NCBI RefSeq assembly: GCF_963506605.1
Contig: NC_083292.1
Location: forward strand, 15,190,001 to 15,254,000
Length of the DNA: 64,000 nt
From: Zootoca vivipara
Lineage: Eukaryota
Direction: 5' to 3'
Positions 52,778-64,000 of this stretch are shown piece after piece (positions within the stretch are counted from its first letter, which is position 1; each line of letters begins with the position of its first letter). The notes under the pieces are model-generated. The model saw only the letters and a program-made list of their open reading frames with translations, searched no databases and was not told the DNA's origin. A program made the position numbers and the translations under genes.

Positions 52778-53109
52778 TTAATGCTGAAACCTAGGGACCT
52801 TGCAGATTACCTTCTCCCAGATGGACCCGTCCAAGCACTCACATCATCCTCAGAGGTTCCTCTCCTTCCTGAGAGGGGCAGCCCACCTCTCAAAGATGCT
52901 GTAGCAATGGGGGTCCTGCATCAGCAGGAAGGGGTTAATCTCAATGACCTCTGAGGTGCCCTTCGACTTTGTGATTCTCACCGGAAGCAGTGATCAAGAG
53001 AGGAAGTCTTTGGGGTCGCAGTGCCTCAACTCCGGATCAGAGGTTGAGGGTGGGGGGGAAGGTCTTGTCTGGCGCTGAGTGTGACTTGTTCTGTTCAACA
53101 CCAGATGGA

Positions 53110-53655
53110 ATCGTAGAATTGTGGAGTTGGAAGGGACCCCAAGAGTCATCTAGTCCAAACCCCCTGCAATGCAGGAATCTCAACTAAAGCATCCATGACA
53201 GATGGCCATCCAACCTCTGCTTCAAAACTTCCAATGAAGGAGAGTCCACCACCTCCTGAGGGTGTCCATTCCACTGTCAAACAGCTCTTACTGTCAAAAA
53301 GTTATTCCTAACGTTCAGTCGGAATCTCCTTTCTAGTCATTTGAATTCATTGGTTTGGGTCTTCCCCTCTGGGGCAAGAGAAAACAAGCTTGCTCCATCT
53401 TCCATGTGACAGCCCATGAGATTTTTGAAGACGGCTATCATATCTTCTCTCAAGTCTCCTCTTTCCCAGCCTAAACATACCCACCTCCCTCAAACTTGCC
53501 TCATAAGGCTTGGCTTCCAGACCCTTGATCGTCTTGGTTGCCCTCCTCTGCACACCTTCCAGCTTGTTAATATCCTTCTTAAATTGTGCTGCCCAGATTG
53601 AACCAGACACATTATTCCAGGTGTGGTTTGGCCAAAGCCGAATAGAGCGCATCAC
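53110..53655 (-). mobile_element. CR1 LINE 3' fragment
   Basis: Minus-strand translation [32 protein letters not shown]...; tail CCCTTCCAACTCCACAATTCTACGAT. Confidence 0.88.
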
Positions 53656-53869
53656 ATTGTTGATTCATATTAAGCTCATGTTAAGCTTGTTGTCTACTAA
53701 GACTCCTAGATGGAGACCTTTTCATCTGCACAAGCCTTTGAGATTTATCCATTCTGACGTTGCTTAACTCTGGAATTTTATCTGCTTCATCGTTTTCCAT
53801 TTGGGACACCCCCCCCCCTTCTGTTTAAAAATTATTTTTCCAATGCTGCTTTAGAAGCATTTTTGGCTG

Positions 53870-54290
53870 AAGTTGAGCAGGCAGGATCTTAATTTCATGC
53901 CCCGCGGAGGACCTTAAGGTCCACAAACAACAATATTCTGGAGATCCCGAGCCATAGGGCCAGGGCCTTTTCAGTATTGGCCCCAACTTGGTGGAACGCT
54001 CTTTCACAGGAGACCAGGGCCCTGCGGGATTTGTCATCTTTCCGCAGGGCCTACAAGACAGAGCTGTTCCGCCTGGCCTTTGGGTTGGACTTAGTCTGAC
54101 CCCTGTGTTTTCCTCCCTCATGGCTTGGATTTATGGACTACAGTACTTAAAATCAGGCTGCATTTTAAACTTAAATTTTAAATTAATACTGTATTTTAAT
54201 AAATTGTTTTTTTATGTTTTATTGTAATTTTATTGGTGTGAGCCGCCCTGAGCCCGGTTTTGACTGGGGAGGGCGGGGTATAAATAAAAA

Positions 54291-54337
<47 letters not shown>
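53870..54337 (+). mobile_element. L2-clade LINE 3' end with (TTA)n tail
   Basis: RAFS..P..WNAL-like C-terminus, TGTGAGCCGCCCTGAG...GGGCGGGGTATAAATAAA 3' motif, (TTA)n at 54292-54337. Confidence 0.8.
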
Positions 54338-54340
<3 letters not shown>

Positions 54341-54459
54341 CATCCTGTTTTCCTTTTCATTTGTTTTTCTCCTGAGCCCAAGGCACCCAAAGCAGCCCCA
54401 GGCAGAAACTGCCTCAAGCCATCAGACTTCCCAGATAGGAAGGTCAGCAGTAAATTATC

Positions 54460-54635
54460 AGGGCTACATCCATACCATACATTTAAAGCACGTGACTCAG
54501 ATCCCCCCCCAAAAAAATTCTGGGACCTATAGTTTACCCCACACAGAGCTACAATTCCCAGCACCCTTAACAGACTCCAGTACCCAGGATTCTTTGAGAG
54601 ACTAAGCCATGTGCTTTAAATGTATTGTCTACACC
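54460..54635. mobile_element. Palindromic MITE (superfamily uncertain)
   Basis: Inverted arms ATACATTTAAAGCAC/GTGCTTTAAATGTAT; related to ~48745-48920. Confidence 0.6.
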
Positions 54636-54769
54636 TTTTCCAACCTTGGGCCTCCAGGTGTTGTTGGACTACAACTCCCATCACCCCTAACCACTGGCCC
54701 CACTAGCTAGGGATGAAGGGAATTGTAGTACAACAACGTCTGGGACTCAAGCTTGAGAAAGTCTGGTGT

Positions 54770-54900
54770 ACACTGCCTGGCAGTGGCTCTCCAGGGTTTC
54801 AGGCGGGGGCCTCTTTCAGCCAGACCTGGAGATGCTACCATTGGGGATCGAACCTGCAGCCTTCTGCACACAAGGCAGGTGTTCTGACATTGAGAGACTG
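54770..54900 (-). mobile_element. tRNA-derived SINE (Squam3-like)
   Basis: On -: B-box GGTTCGATCCCC followed by CATCTCCAGG...CCTGAAACCCTGGAGAGCCACTGCCAG. Confidence 0.7.
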
Positions 54901-56901
54901 CCCTCCCCCCCTACTGGTGGGTTGATGATCTTGCCTCATTCCTTTGGCCCTGTGCAGATCTGAAATGTACATGTGGACAGTGGCCCAGTGTAGCTTGTAG
55001 GAATCGTACATAGCTATAATTTTCTGTTCTGGCATCTCACGATTCCCAGCAAAATAATCCCCCTAATGAAAGTTTTCTGGCCTTGATGAGCTTCTAATGA
55101 GCCCTGGCTGAAAAACACAAAACAGTAAAACAGTCTCAGGAATCCCAGGAGTCCTTGGCATCTCCCCAAAGTGTGTGTGTGTGTGGTTTGTGTGTGTTCT
55201 AGCCTTCTAACTTCCTCTGCTCTTTGGAAATTCCCACCCTCTCCCCCACCCCCATTCAGAGGGGAGAGAGAGAAAGAGATGTACCCTTGGTTCCGATTTT
55301 CTTGCAAAACCCCCTCTTTGAATCTTCTCCCTTTTTGCAAACTTGGAATGCTGAGGTTTGTGTTCCCAAGGAACAGATGGATGTTGCAAGCCTTGCTCCA
55401 CTTCTCCCAGTGGTTTTACTTTGGAAATGTGTGAGATTTCGGGGGAGGCTGCTCTGGGTCCCTGCTGGGGTTGATTTCTCACACTACTAGCACCACCACC
55501 CCTGTCCGGTCCAGAACTGCCACCTAATAGTCCCCCTCACCCCGTTTTATGGTGATAGCATTACTAAGCCTCTGGCATTAAACAGTTGCACTAAAAGATC
55601 TCTGCAGGCGACATCACAGTACTGGCCTGTCCAAAGTGCAGTGGAGGCCTCTGAACACAGCTTTCCTTCAAGAGGCTCCCTTTCTCCTCCTCCCCTCCAG
55701 CAAAGAGAAGCACCCTCAGCTTCGTGGTTCACTGTAGCCTGGCCCTCTGAAGCCACAAGAAATAAGATTTAAGTCCAATCTAGTCCAGCATCCTGTCCTT
55801 ACACAGTGGCCAACCAGATGGGCCAACTGCAAGCCCAGGAAGTAGGGCCTGAACACAACAATAGCGCTGGGAATCAAGTCATAGTAAGGCACAGAAGAAG
55901 GCAAGTCAATGGGAGATGAAGCCTGTTATATATTCAGTGGTCTGTGTTTGCCTGAGCTTGAGCCTGAGCTCCTGTGTTCTGATTCGATACATGTTTTCCA
56001 ATCACAGAACATTTCAGGATTTGGGCCTCTGCCATTGGCCCTTGAACTTGTGAGTCGTGATTCGCAGTTTGGAAGTTTAGACAGCCAATCACGTTGAGAG
56101 TGGGAGTGGCCCAAGCTTTCAGAAATGTATATAAGCAGTTGCTTTGCCTCTGTTTACCAGTTATGTAGTTCAGTAAAGTTCTTGCTGTTATTACTGTGTC
56201 TTGCCTCGTGGGAACCCACCTACACTTCAAAGCCCCCCTCTTCCCATCACCCTGTCCCATTTCAAAACATCTTCTCTGCAGTGCTGAACTGAGCTCAGGA
56301 AGTGGCAGGATTTGTCTCGGAATGGAGAGGCCCCATCCTGCTTCCACCTGGTAACCCTTTCTTGAGAAGTAGTCTACCTGGTCAAGTGATGGTACCAAGG
56401 AAGGAGATGGGACCTCAGGTTGCCCCAAGTGTCCTCAGCGGGGCTCCACTTTTCTTGCCTTCTGAACTGAGAGCTCAAAGGGGCCCAGCTCAGACTTGTT
56501 GCAAAGAAACCGGTTATTTCCTGGCCCTGACCCTGCACTCTGCTGCTTTTCTCTGACGTATAAGAGTTCTTACTGCCCCACCCGCTTGCCACCAGGACGC
56601 AGGGCAGGTTACAACAATGTTGTATGCACCTGTCAAAACAGAGAAAGCGGGTACATTTGTATAAAGGAGCAAAACCGTTCAAGCCAGAAGAGCTTACATT
56701 TCACAGAAGAAGGGTGGGTGCATTAAAACAGAAATACTTGAGCTGTCAAAAGCCCAGGTTGAAAAGGTGAGCCTCTAGCAAACATGTACAGTGAAGATGA
56801 TGGTGGCTGCAGCTCCATGGGGAGGGAGCCCCACAGTTTAGGAGCTGCTTCTCCCAGGCCCCCAACCTCCACAGTTCTGAGGGCAGCAGAACTGTCAGGA
56901 G

Positions 56902-57037
56902 CAGGCATCCCCAAACTTCGGCCCTCCAGATGTTTTGGACTACAATTCCCATCTTCCCTGACCACTGGTCCTGTTAGCTAGGGATCATGGGAGTTGTAGG
57001 CCAAAACATCTGGAGGACCGCAGTTTGGAGATGCCTG
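56902..57037. mobile_element. 136-bp palindromic hAT MITE
   Basis: CAGGCATC termini; perfect 8-bp TSD GTCAGGAG (56894-56901 and 57038-57045). Confidence 0.9.
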
Positions 57038-57324
57038 GTCAGGAGGGTCCTTTCAGTGCCAGAGAAGATCAACAGGAATGGAGACAGTACCATATATTTG
57101 GGGCACCGAGTTGCTTAGAGCTTTCAGCATTAATGTGAACCCTTTGATTTGGGCCTAGAGTCAACTTCAGAAACTATTTTGTTCTCCCTCAGCAGAATCT
57201 CACTCTTCCTCCCTGCCCCCCAATAGGAGAACAGACCCCGTCCCCCATCCCGTCAGTGCAGCATCTTTCCACATAGTTAGGCTTCCTTCTGTTCAAATTA
57301 CCAGCTTACAATAAAGCTAGGACA

Positions 57325-58060
57325 CAAATGAAAGGCACAAATACAGGATGGGAGACACCTGGCTTGAGAGCAGTACATGTGAAAAGGATCTAGGAGTCTT
57401 GGGTAGACCACAAACTTGACATGAGTCAACAGTGTGATGCAGCAGCTAAAAAAGCCAATGCAATTCTGGGCCTGCATCAATAGGAGTATAGCTTCCAGAT
57501 CAAGGGAAGTAATAGTACCACTGTATTCTGCTCTGGTCAGACCTCACCTGGAGTACTGTGTCCAGTTCTGGGCACCACAGTTCAAGAAGGATACTGACTA
57601 GCTGAAACGTGTCCAGAGGAGGGCAACCAAAATGGTCAAAGGCCTGGAAACGATGCCTTATGAGGAATGGCTTAGGGAGCTGGGTATGTTTAGCCTGGAG
57701 AAGAGAAGGTTAAGGGGTGATATGATAGCCATGTTCAAATATATAAAATGATGTCATATAGAAGAGGGAGAAAGGTTGTTTTCTGCTGCTCCAGAGAAGT
57801 GGACATGGAGCAATGGATTCAAACTACAAGAAAGAAGATTCCACCTAAACATTAGGAAAAACATTCTGACAGTAAGAGCTGTTTGGCAGTGGAATTTGCT
57901 ACCAAGGAGTGTGGTGGAGTCTCCTTCTTTGGAGGTCTTTAAGCAGAGGATTGACAGGCATATATCAATAATGCTTTGATGGTGTTTCCTGCTTGGCAGG
58001 GGGTTGGACTGGATGGCCCTTGTGGTCTCTTCCAACTCTATGATTCTATTCTATGATTCT
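57325..58060 (+). mobile_element. Young CR1 LINE, 5'-truncated
   Basis: [51 protein letters not shown] motifs; ATTCTATG-type tail. Confidence 0.95.
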
Positions 58061-58565
58061 AAGAACATATGCCCAGCCTAAGTCTTCTTCTCAGTGGTCT
58101 TGCACCAGTTCCCACCAGCTGGGGATCTGGATCCCGACCATATGAAGCACACATCCATGCCCAAATTCAGGGTATATGTCTGTAGAAGGAGATGGACGGG
58201 GAAGGCAGGGTTGCCTGAGATCTGTGTGAATCTCCCTTGGGATGAAAGAAGGAATTTGCTGGCTTGCAGATATCTCAGTGCTCCCATTAAAACAGCCGGG
58301 GCAATCTAGGCACTTGTAGTGATGGTGATGTTTCACAGACACTTCCAAAGGATCTTTTCCCTATTAGAAAGATTGCCTAGAGGCAATCCTGCTCATTTCC
58401 CAGAAGTGTTGCAAAACTTCCTCTTCTGCCACTAAGCAGCCTTTTAGGAGCCTGGTGGCTTTGATTGAATGGGCTGTTTCCAGCTCTGGTGCGAAGACAC
58501 TCCACCCTGCAGGGGTTAGTGGAAGTTCTCCTTCAGCCCACCTTTGGACCAGTTCAGCATTAGCT

Positions 58566-58712
58566 GACTGGATAGCTCAGTTGGTTAGAGCGTGGTGCTG
58601 ATAATGCCAAGGTTGCAGGCTCGATCCCCGTATGGGGCAACTGCGTATTGCTGCATTGCAAGGGGTTGCATTAAATGATCCTTGGGGTCACTATCAACAC
58701 TACAGTTATACA
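58566..58712 (+). mobile_element. SINE with a tRNA-Ile-derived head and CR1-derived tail
   Basis: TAGCTCAGTTGGTTAGAGCGTGGTGCTGATAATGCCAAGGTTGCAGGCTCGATCCCCGTA followed by CTGCATTGCAAGGGGTTG...; acceptor and T stems are mismatched. Confidence 0.8.
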
Positions 58713-58729
58713 ATTCTGGTGGCAGAGTA

Positions 58730-59120
58730 ACACCGTGTACATCTAAGGAAGGTGGACGTTGGAAGATTCAGGGCAGGCTAAAGGAAGGACTTCTTTATGC
58801 AGCACTGAGTTAAACTATGGAACTCGCTCCCGCAGGAAGCAGTGATAGTCCCCAACTTAGGTGGCTTGGAAAGAGGATTAGACAAATGCATGGAGGCTGT
58901 TGATGGCTGCAGTCCATGACGGCTGCATTCTGTCTACACAGTTGGAAGCAGCAACTGCTTCCGAATACCAGTTGCAGGAAACCACGGTGGGGGGAGAGTC
59001 TGCTCTTGAACTCAGGTCCTGCTTGCGGGTTTCCCATTGAGGCATCTGCTTGGCCACTGTGAGAAGGCTGGACTAGGTAGACCCCCTTTGGCCTGATCCA
59101 GCAGGCTCTTCTTAAGTTCT
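58730..59120 (+). mobile_element. Old CR1 3' fragment
   Basis: GGAAGATTCAGGGCAGGCTAAAGGAAGGACTTCTTTATG...AAACTATGGAACTCGCTCCCGCAGGAAG...GAGGATTAGACAAATGCATGGAGG. Confidence 0.75.
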
Positions 59121-59441
59121 TTATGTTAATAGTGTTACAAAAGTCGTGTGCCCGCCCCTCTCTTTGCTGAGCAGTGGCAATAGCCCATGGGGTTCCCGGC
59201 ACTCTTCCAGGGACTGCGGTCCTTTGGAAAATTGAGACACGTTGGAGACTGTTGCTAGTTTTAAGCAAGAGGGTTTATTCACCTTTTTACACCTTCAGTC
59301 TGCATGGAGGGAGTCCAGATCTTACAGCATGGTCCTTTCAAGGGGGGCTTGTCCCCTACAGCAGTGCAGCCAGCCTTCAGCCAGCCTGCCCAAGATGGAT
59401 CCCAGTCTTTCTTCTTCCTTCTTCTTCCCAAAACACCGTGC

Positions 59442-59712
59442 CATAGCTGACAAGTCTCCCGTTTTTCGCGGATTTTAATCCGTTTCCCGCTGTTATCCCA
59501 AATAGGAAAAAAATCCAGGAAATCCCCCGGATTTTCTACCTGCCAGGGAGGCTCCATTTCGGGTGCTGCTCTGCCCATGTCTGGGCACCGGAAATCGGGC
59601 AGCGCCGGCACCGGAAGTTGCTTCTACGCATGTCCAGAAATGCGTAGAAGCGACTTCCGGTGCCGCGCCGCTGCTGATCCCACATTTTTCAGCGGGAGAC
59701 TTGGCAGCTATG
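59442..59712. mobile_element. 271-bp CpG-rich hAT MITE with an internal hairpin
   Basis: TIRs CATAGCTGACAAGTCTCCCG/CGGGAGACTTGGCAGCTATG; 8-bp TSD CACCGTGC/CACCCTGC (7 of 8 match). Confidence 0.85.
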
Positions 59713-60664
59713 CACCCTGCTAAAAACTCTTTTCCTGTCACCCCACACCCTCCAAATCTCCAGTCTTTGTTCACATCTCAGGGCAAGGGGTTGGGGGGGG
59801 GCAGGTCTTTTGCACTGCCAATGGCTCTCAATGCAATGGCTCTCAATGCAATGCAATGGTCCTTCTGCACAGGCTAGTCCAGGAATTCCTCTGCAGCTTG
59901 TGTTTCTCCCTTCAGATGCCCAATAATCAAAATAACTTGTTAATTTCTAGGGTGTGTGGTTCCCCCCCACCTAGCAATTCATGACAATATAATAACAATG
60001 AACAATTCCGGAGAAAGGGGCCGGTGTGAAAGCAACAGGGAGACGTTGGGGTGAGTACAACCCTCCCCCCACCCTGCAAAGAATTAAACCCAGTCTGATG
60101 CCAGGAATACAGAAATGGGTGTTGGTGGGCTCTTGCTCCTTTTGGCCTCCTGCTGTTCACCTGGCTGGGCTCTTTGGCTCTGCTTGCACCTAGTGAACGT
60201 AGCCCACATGGTTTTTATATCTTACACATGGCCAGTAATGGAGCTATAGCTAGGGAGAGATCATCGGCAAACATGCAGCCAACAAATTAATACAAGAAAC
60301 ATTTTTTAAAAAATAAATAAATAAAAAATAAATAGTTTGTTGAAAACATTAGTTCAGCTTCGCAGAGCTGAGCTTCTTCATTGTTATCCTCACGTGAACC
60401 GTGCCATTTCTTAAACTTAGTTAAATGAAGGAAAGAACTGGCCCTCTGAAATAACGTTCCTTGGGATGTGAATATAAACACTGTTATGAAAAGCATTGTT
60501 GGTTCAGGCCAACTGGGAGTCTTCTGGAGTCCAAAGTCAACACCATCTCACTGTAGCCCTCTTAACATCCGGGAGTGTGTCTGTGTGTTAATCTGCAGAC
60601 CCCCCTCTTCAGGATGAGGGCTGAGGCGATTGGGGGAGCTCTGCCCCCCCCATATATACTTTGG

Positions 60665-60915
60665 CAAGGGTAGGCAAACTAAGGCCCCGGGACCGGATCC
60701 GTCCCAATCGCCTTCTAAATCCGGCCTGCGGACGGTCTGGGAATCAGTGTGTTTTTACATGAGTAGAATGTGTCCTTTTTATTTAAAATGCATCTCTGGT
60801 TTATTTGTGGGGCATAGGAATTTGTTCATTCCCCACCCCCAAATATAGTCTGGCCCCCCACAAGGTCTGAGGGAGAGTGGATCAGCCCCTTGCTGAAAAG
60901 GTTTGCTGACCCCTG
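60665..60915 (-). mobile_element. hAT element of the same family as 7507-7756, inverted
   Basis: Reverse-complement similarity across the whole length; ends GTTTGCTGACCCCTG. Confidence 0.85.
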
Positions 60916-61072
60916 CTTTAAGGTAATGGATCACAGGCATTTCATGGAATTTTAGAGTTGGAGGAATTATAAGGACAAAAATCCCCCTCCCTCGAAATGT
61001 TAAATTTGCATGTAACCTGCAGCTTTATGTGTGCATGTACATATACATGTAGCAACAGCAGCTAGGATTCTA

Positions 61073-61332
61073 CCGTGTTTCTCCGAAAATAAGACACCGT
61101 CTTATATTTCTTTTTCCTCAAAAAAACACACAAAAAAAACACCATGGTGGCTTATTTTCAGGGGATGTCTTATTTTTTATTACATGTCCAGCCTCGCCTC
61201 TTCCTTGGCACCCTCCAGAACTGTGCCTATCACTATGCCTTATTTTCAGGGTATGGCTTATATTCCTTGAATGCCTAAAATTTCTCCTTATTTTATGGCT
61301 TATTTTATGGCTACGTCTTATTTTCGGAGAAA
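61073..61332. mobile_element. Tc1/mariner (Tc2-like) MITE
   Basis: TA-CCGTGTTTCTCCGAAAATAAGAC...GTCTTATTTTCGGAGAAA-like inverted ends; right terminus truncated. Confidence 0.65.
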
Positions 61333-61632
61333 TGGAAGGAAGAAGACGTTCCAACCAAAAAAAAGAATGGATAATAAGTAAGATAATGGACTATACAGAA
61401 CTGGCAAAATTAACAGAATCTAATGATGTGTGTTTTATGGAAAAATGGATGCCTTTTCTGGACTATATAAAGAAATATTATAGTATGTTGAACACGCAAT
61501 AGGATTTGAGCTATGAGCAACAGAATTAATTAGTTTATAATACTGTGATTATGATTTAAAAGATAGAAGATAGGGTGCAGCAGAAGGGAGAAACAACAAC
61601 TCCATGGAAAACGGGGTGGGAAGTCGATAAAA

Positions 61633-61633
<1 letters not shown>

Positions 61634-61683
<50 letters not shown>

Positions 61684-61872
61684 TATTTTTATACCCCGCC
61701 CATCTGACTTCCAACCGAATATTAAAAACAATACAGCATCGAACATTAAAAACCTCCCTAAACAGGGTCTTCAGTTGCCTTCTAAAAGTAAAATAGTTGC
61801 TTATTACCTTGACATCTGCTGGGAGGGTGTTCCACAGGGCGGGTGCCACTACCGAGAAGGCCCTCTGTCTGG
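61634..61872 (-). mobile_element. L2-clade LINE 3' end with (TTA)n tail, nested in a probable L1/Tx1 3' relic (~61340-61970, +)
   Basis: Minus-strand APALWNTLPADVKVISNYFTFRRQLKTLF; GGGCGGGGTATAAAAA 3' motif; (AAT)n at 61635-61683. Confidence 0.75.
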
Positions 61873-62817
61873 TAAGAGTAAGTAAGTCTGGTAAGTAAGA
61901 GAAAAAGACGAAATTGTGATTTGATTGTATATGTTTAAAATGTTGAAACTTAATATAATTGGAAAAAGAGAATTATAGAGTTGGGAGGGTCATCTAGTCC
62001 AGCCCCCTGCGACTGAGTTGTGCCATTGGTCTCCTTAGTTCAGGATCATGTGCCCTGATTGGCAGCGGTGGCTCTCCTGGGTTTCGTCCTCCGTGGAGGT
62101 GCTGGGGGACTGGAGCCAGGACTTTTCCGCTCTGGCACGGAGCTCTGCCCCTGCCCCCTTGCAGTCTTCCCCCGGTGACACCTGGAGGGCACCCCATTGG
62201 GGACGGCTGGCTTCCTTCCACCACGGCCTCTGTTCCTTCCCCGTTCTGTGAAAGGGCCGTGAACGGTCTCTGGCTCCAGGGGCACTGCTGCCACAGAGGC
62301 ACTTTGTTTCAGAGCAGCCCAGCTTCTCCACTCTCCCTTAATTAAAAGGAAAAGCGAGAGATCTGGCCAGCTGACTTACAACAATGTTCAAGGCAGGAGG
62401 AACACGGGGACCGGGGCGGGGGAGAGAGAGAGGAAAGAGAACATGCAACACATTAAGATGATGATCTTCAGGCTTCAGGCTTGGCAAACGTCCTGGAAAT
62501 TCTTGGACTCTTTGACACTGTTTGCTGAGAGGCAAGACAGCCTTGGCAGTCACGGGAGGGAGGAAGCGACACCCCCTACCAGGAATCCTACTCAATTTCA
62601 GCGGCCCTCGGCCTGGGGCTGAGCACCGAGGAGGAAAAACAAGCTCCAGGGGGGCCGTATTTAGACACCAGCAAGTTTCAGGATGCAATAAGATTCAATA
62701 AACCAAGAGACACTTCACTGAAGTATTCTTCAGCTGCTACTACCAGATCACTATAACTACATGTTTGTTTGTTTGGGTGGGGGTCCTTGCATCCAGTGAG
62801 CCTCCCTGCAACTAGAT

Positions 62818-63191
62818 CAGTGTTTCTCAACCTTTTTTGGGCCACGGCACACTTGTTCCGTGAAAAAAATCACGAGGCACACCACCATTTAAAAAGTTTA
62901 AAAAATTAACTCTGTGCCGCCCTATATTATAATTATGACTGTAAGAAACACTTGCCAAATATTGCTTTCCGGCGGGTTAGTGTTGTGTATTGGCGGCCGC
63001 CAGGCTCGTTTGCACTGAGCTTTGGGAAAGAGGAGGAGAAATATTGCTTTCCGGCGGGTTAGTGATGTTTATTGGCGGCCGCCAGGCACGTGACAATGCA
63101 AATCGCCCTTCTCGTCGCCGCACGTCGCGGCACACCAGCCAGCGTCTCGCGGCACACTAGTGTGCCGCGGAACAGCGGTTGAGAAACGCTG
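62818..63191. mobile_element. 374-bp CpG-rich hAT (Charlie-like) non-autonomous element
   Basis: TIRs CAGTGTTTCTCAACC/GGTTGAGAAACGCTG; perfect 8-bp TSD AACTAGAT (62810-62817 and 63192-63199). Confidence 0.9.
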
Positions 63192-63828
63192 AACTAGATA
63201 TCCCCACCCACACCCACCCCTGCAAGAGCTGAATTTTTGGACTACAATGTCCATGCTGGCCGGGGCTGATGGGAGTTGTAGCCTAACACATCTGGAGGGC
63301 ACCAGGTTGGAGAAGGAAGGACAGCCTCCACGGTGCTCAAACTGCTTTTGCATTTTTAAGAACTGCCGTTTTTAAAATGAGGGTTGCTCTGAAGAGCATC
63401 AATTAATGTTTGTTAAATGAATGAATCTTTCCCACCAGAGAATGTTGCAGCGATTGCACAATGCAATAAAACCAATTACATGTATGCAAGCAGTTTGAAA
63501 GATTGAATTGATTTAAAAACAAACAAACCCAAAAACACAGTTTTAACTCCCAGCCGGAAAGGGTGGAAAGGGTGAGGAGGGGATTAATTTGAGAAGCAGC
63601 AGTGTTAGAAGAGGATTGTGGTAAAGGGTTTTATGGGAGAGAAAAATGTAAAGAATCCCACACCCACCTCAAAGCTTTTCATTAACTAGCAAGGGACAGA
63701 AGGGGGAACAGAGTGTCTCCTCCTCTCCAAAAAGCCTTTCCTCTAGACTCCCCACAGCCCTGTATGCAGCTGGGGGGAGGAAATGCAAATTCATGTTTCC
63801 TGCTGGGCAACTTCAGCCCATCTTCCCC

Positions 63829-64000
63829 TAAAGGTAAAGGTAAAGGGACCCCTGACCATTAGGTCAAGTCGTGACCGACACTGGGGTTGCGCGCTCATCT
63901 CGCATTATTGGCCGAGGGAGCCAGCGTATAGCTTCCAGGTCATGTGGCCAGCATGACAAAGCCGCTTCTGGCAAACCAGAGCAGCACATGGAAACGCCGT
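63829..64000 (-). mobile_element. Sauria SINE 3' half, cut by the window end
   Basis: (ACCTTT)n tail seen as TAAAGGTAAAGGTAAAGG; body similar to 44441-44620. Confidence 0.88.

Noticed and set aside
58566-58639. Functional tRNA-Ile(GAT) gene
   Set aside because: Broken acceptor and T stems, no oligo-T terminator, and direct fusion to a CR1-type tail indicate a SINE.
62200-62294. AAVPLEPETV...TERGRNRG resembling MZT2 (PETRGRNKG)
   Set aside because: Short low-complexity match on the wrong strand for the human arrangement; the conserved MZT2 N-terminal domain is not visible.

Overview
Vertebrate genomic DNA, almost certainly a squamate and probably a lacertid lizard (inferred from Sauria SINE, BovB, CR1 and squamate MITE content). 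The first 45 kb hold three spliced genes in an order I recall as conserved in mouse. MED15 is on + (13 internal/3' exons from 357 to 17551; 5' exons lie outside the window; Q-rich; one exon is mostly an N gap). CCDC74 is on - and complete (377 aa). SMPD4 is on - and complete (830 aa, with one U12-type intron). The last ~19 kb has no confidently identifiable gene and is dense in transposon relics: two solo LTRs, BovB, CR1, L2, tRNA-derived SINEs, hAT and Tc1/mariner MITEs. Main observations: (1) two short (88 and 130 bp) TSD-flanked Penelope-like inserts that start at a minimal hammerhead-ribozyme core; (2) a palindromic back-to-back poly(A) signal between convergent MED15 and CCDC74; (3) a CCDC74 uORF in frame with the main CDS, starting inside a perfect X-box-like palindrome; (4) a BovB copy with a 5' fold-back inverted duplication; (5) hAT MITEs carrying ZNF143/THAP11-type motifs. 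Gene and family names come from recalled sequence similarity and splice-phase consistency; no database search was run.
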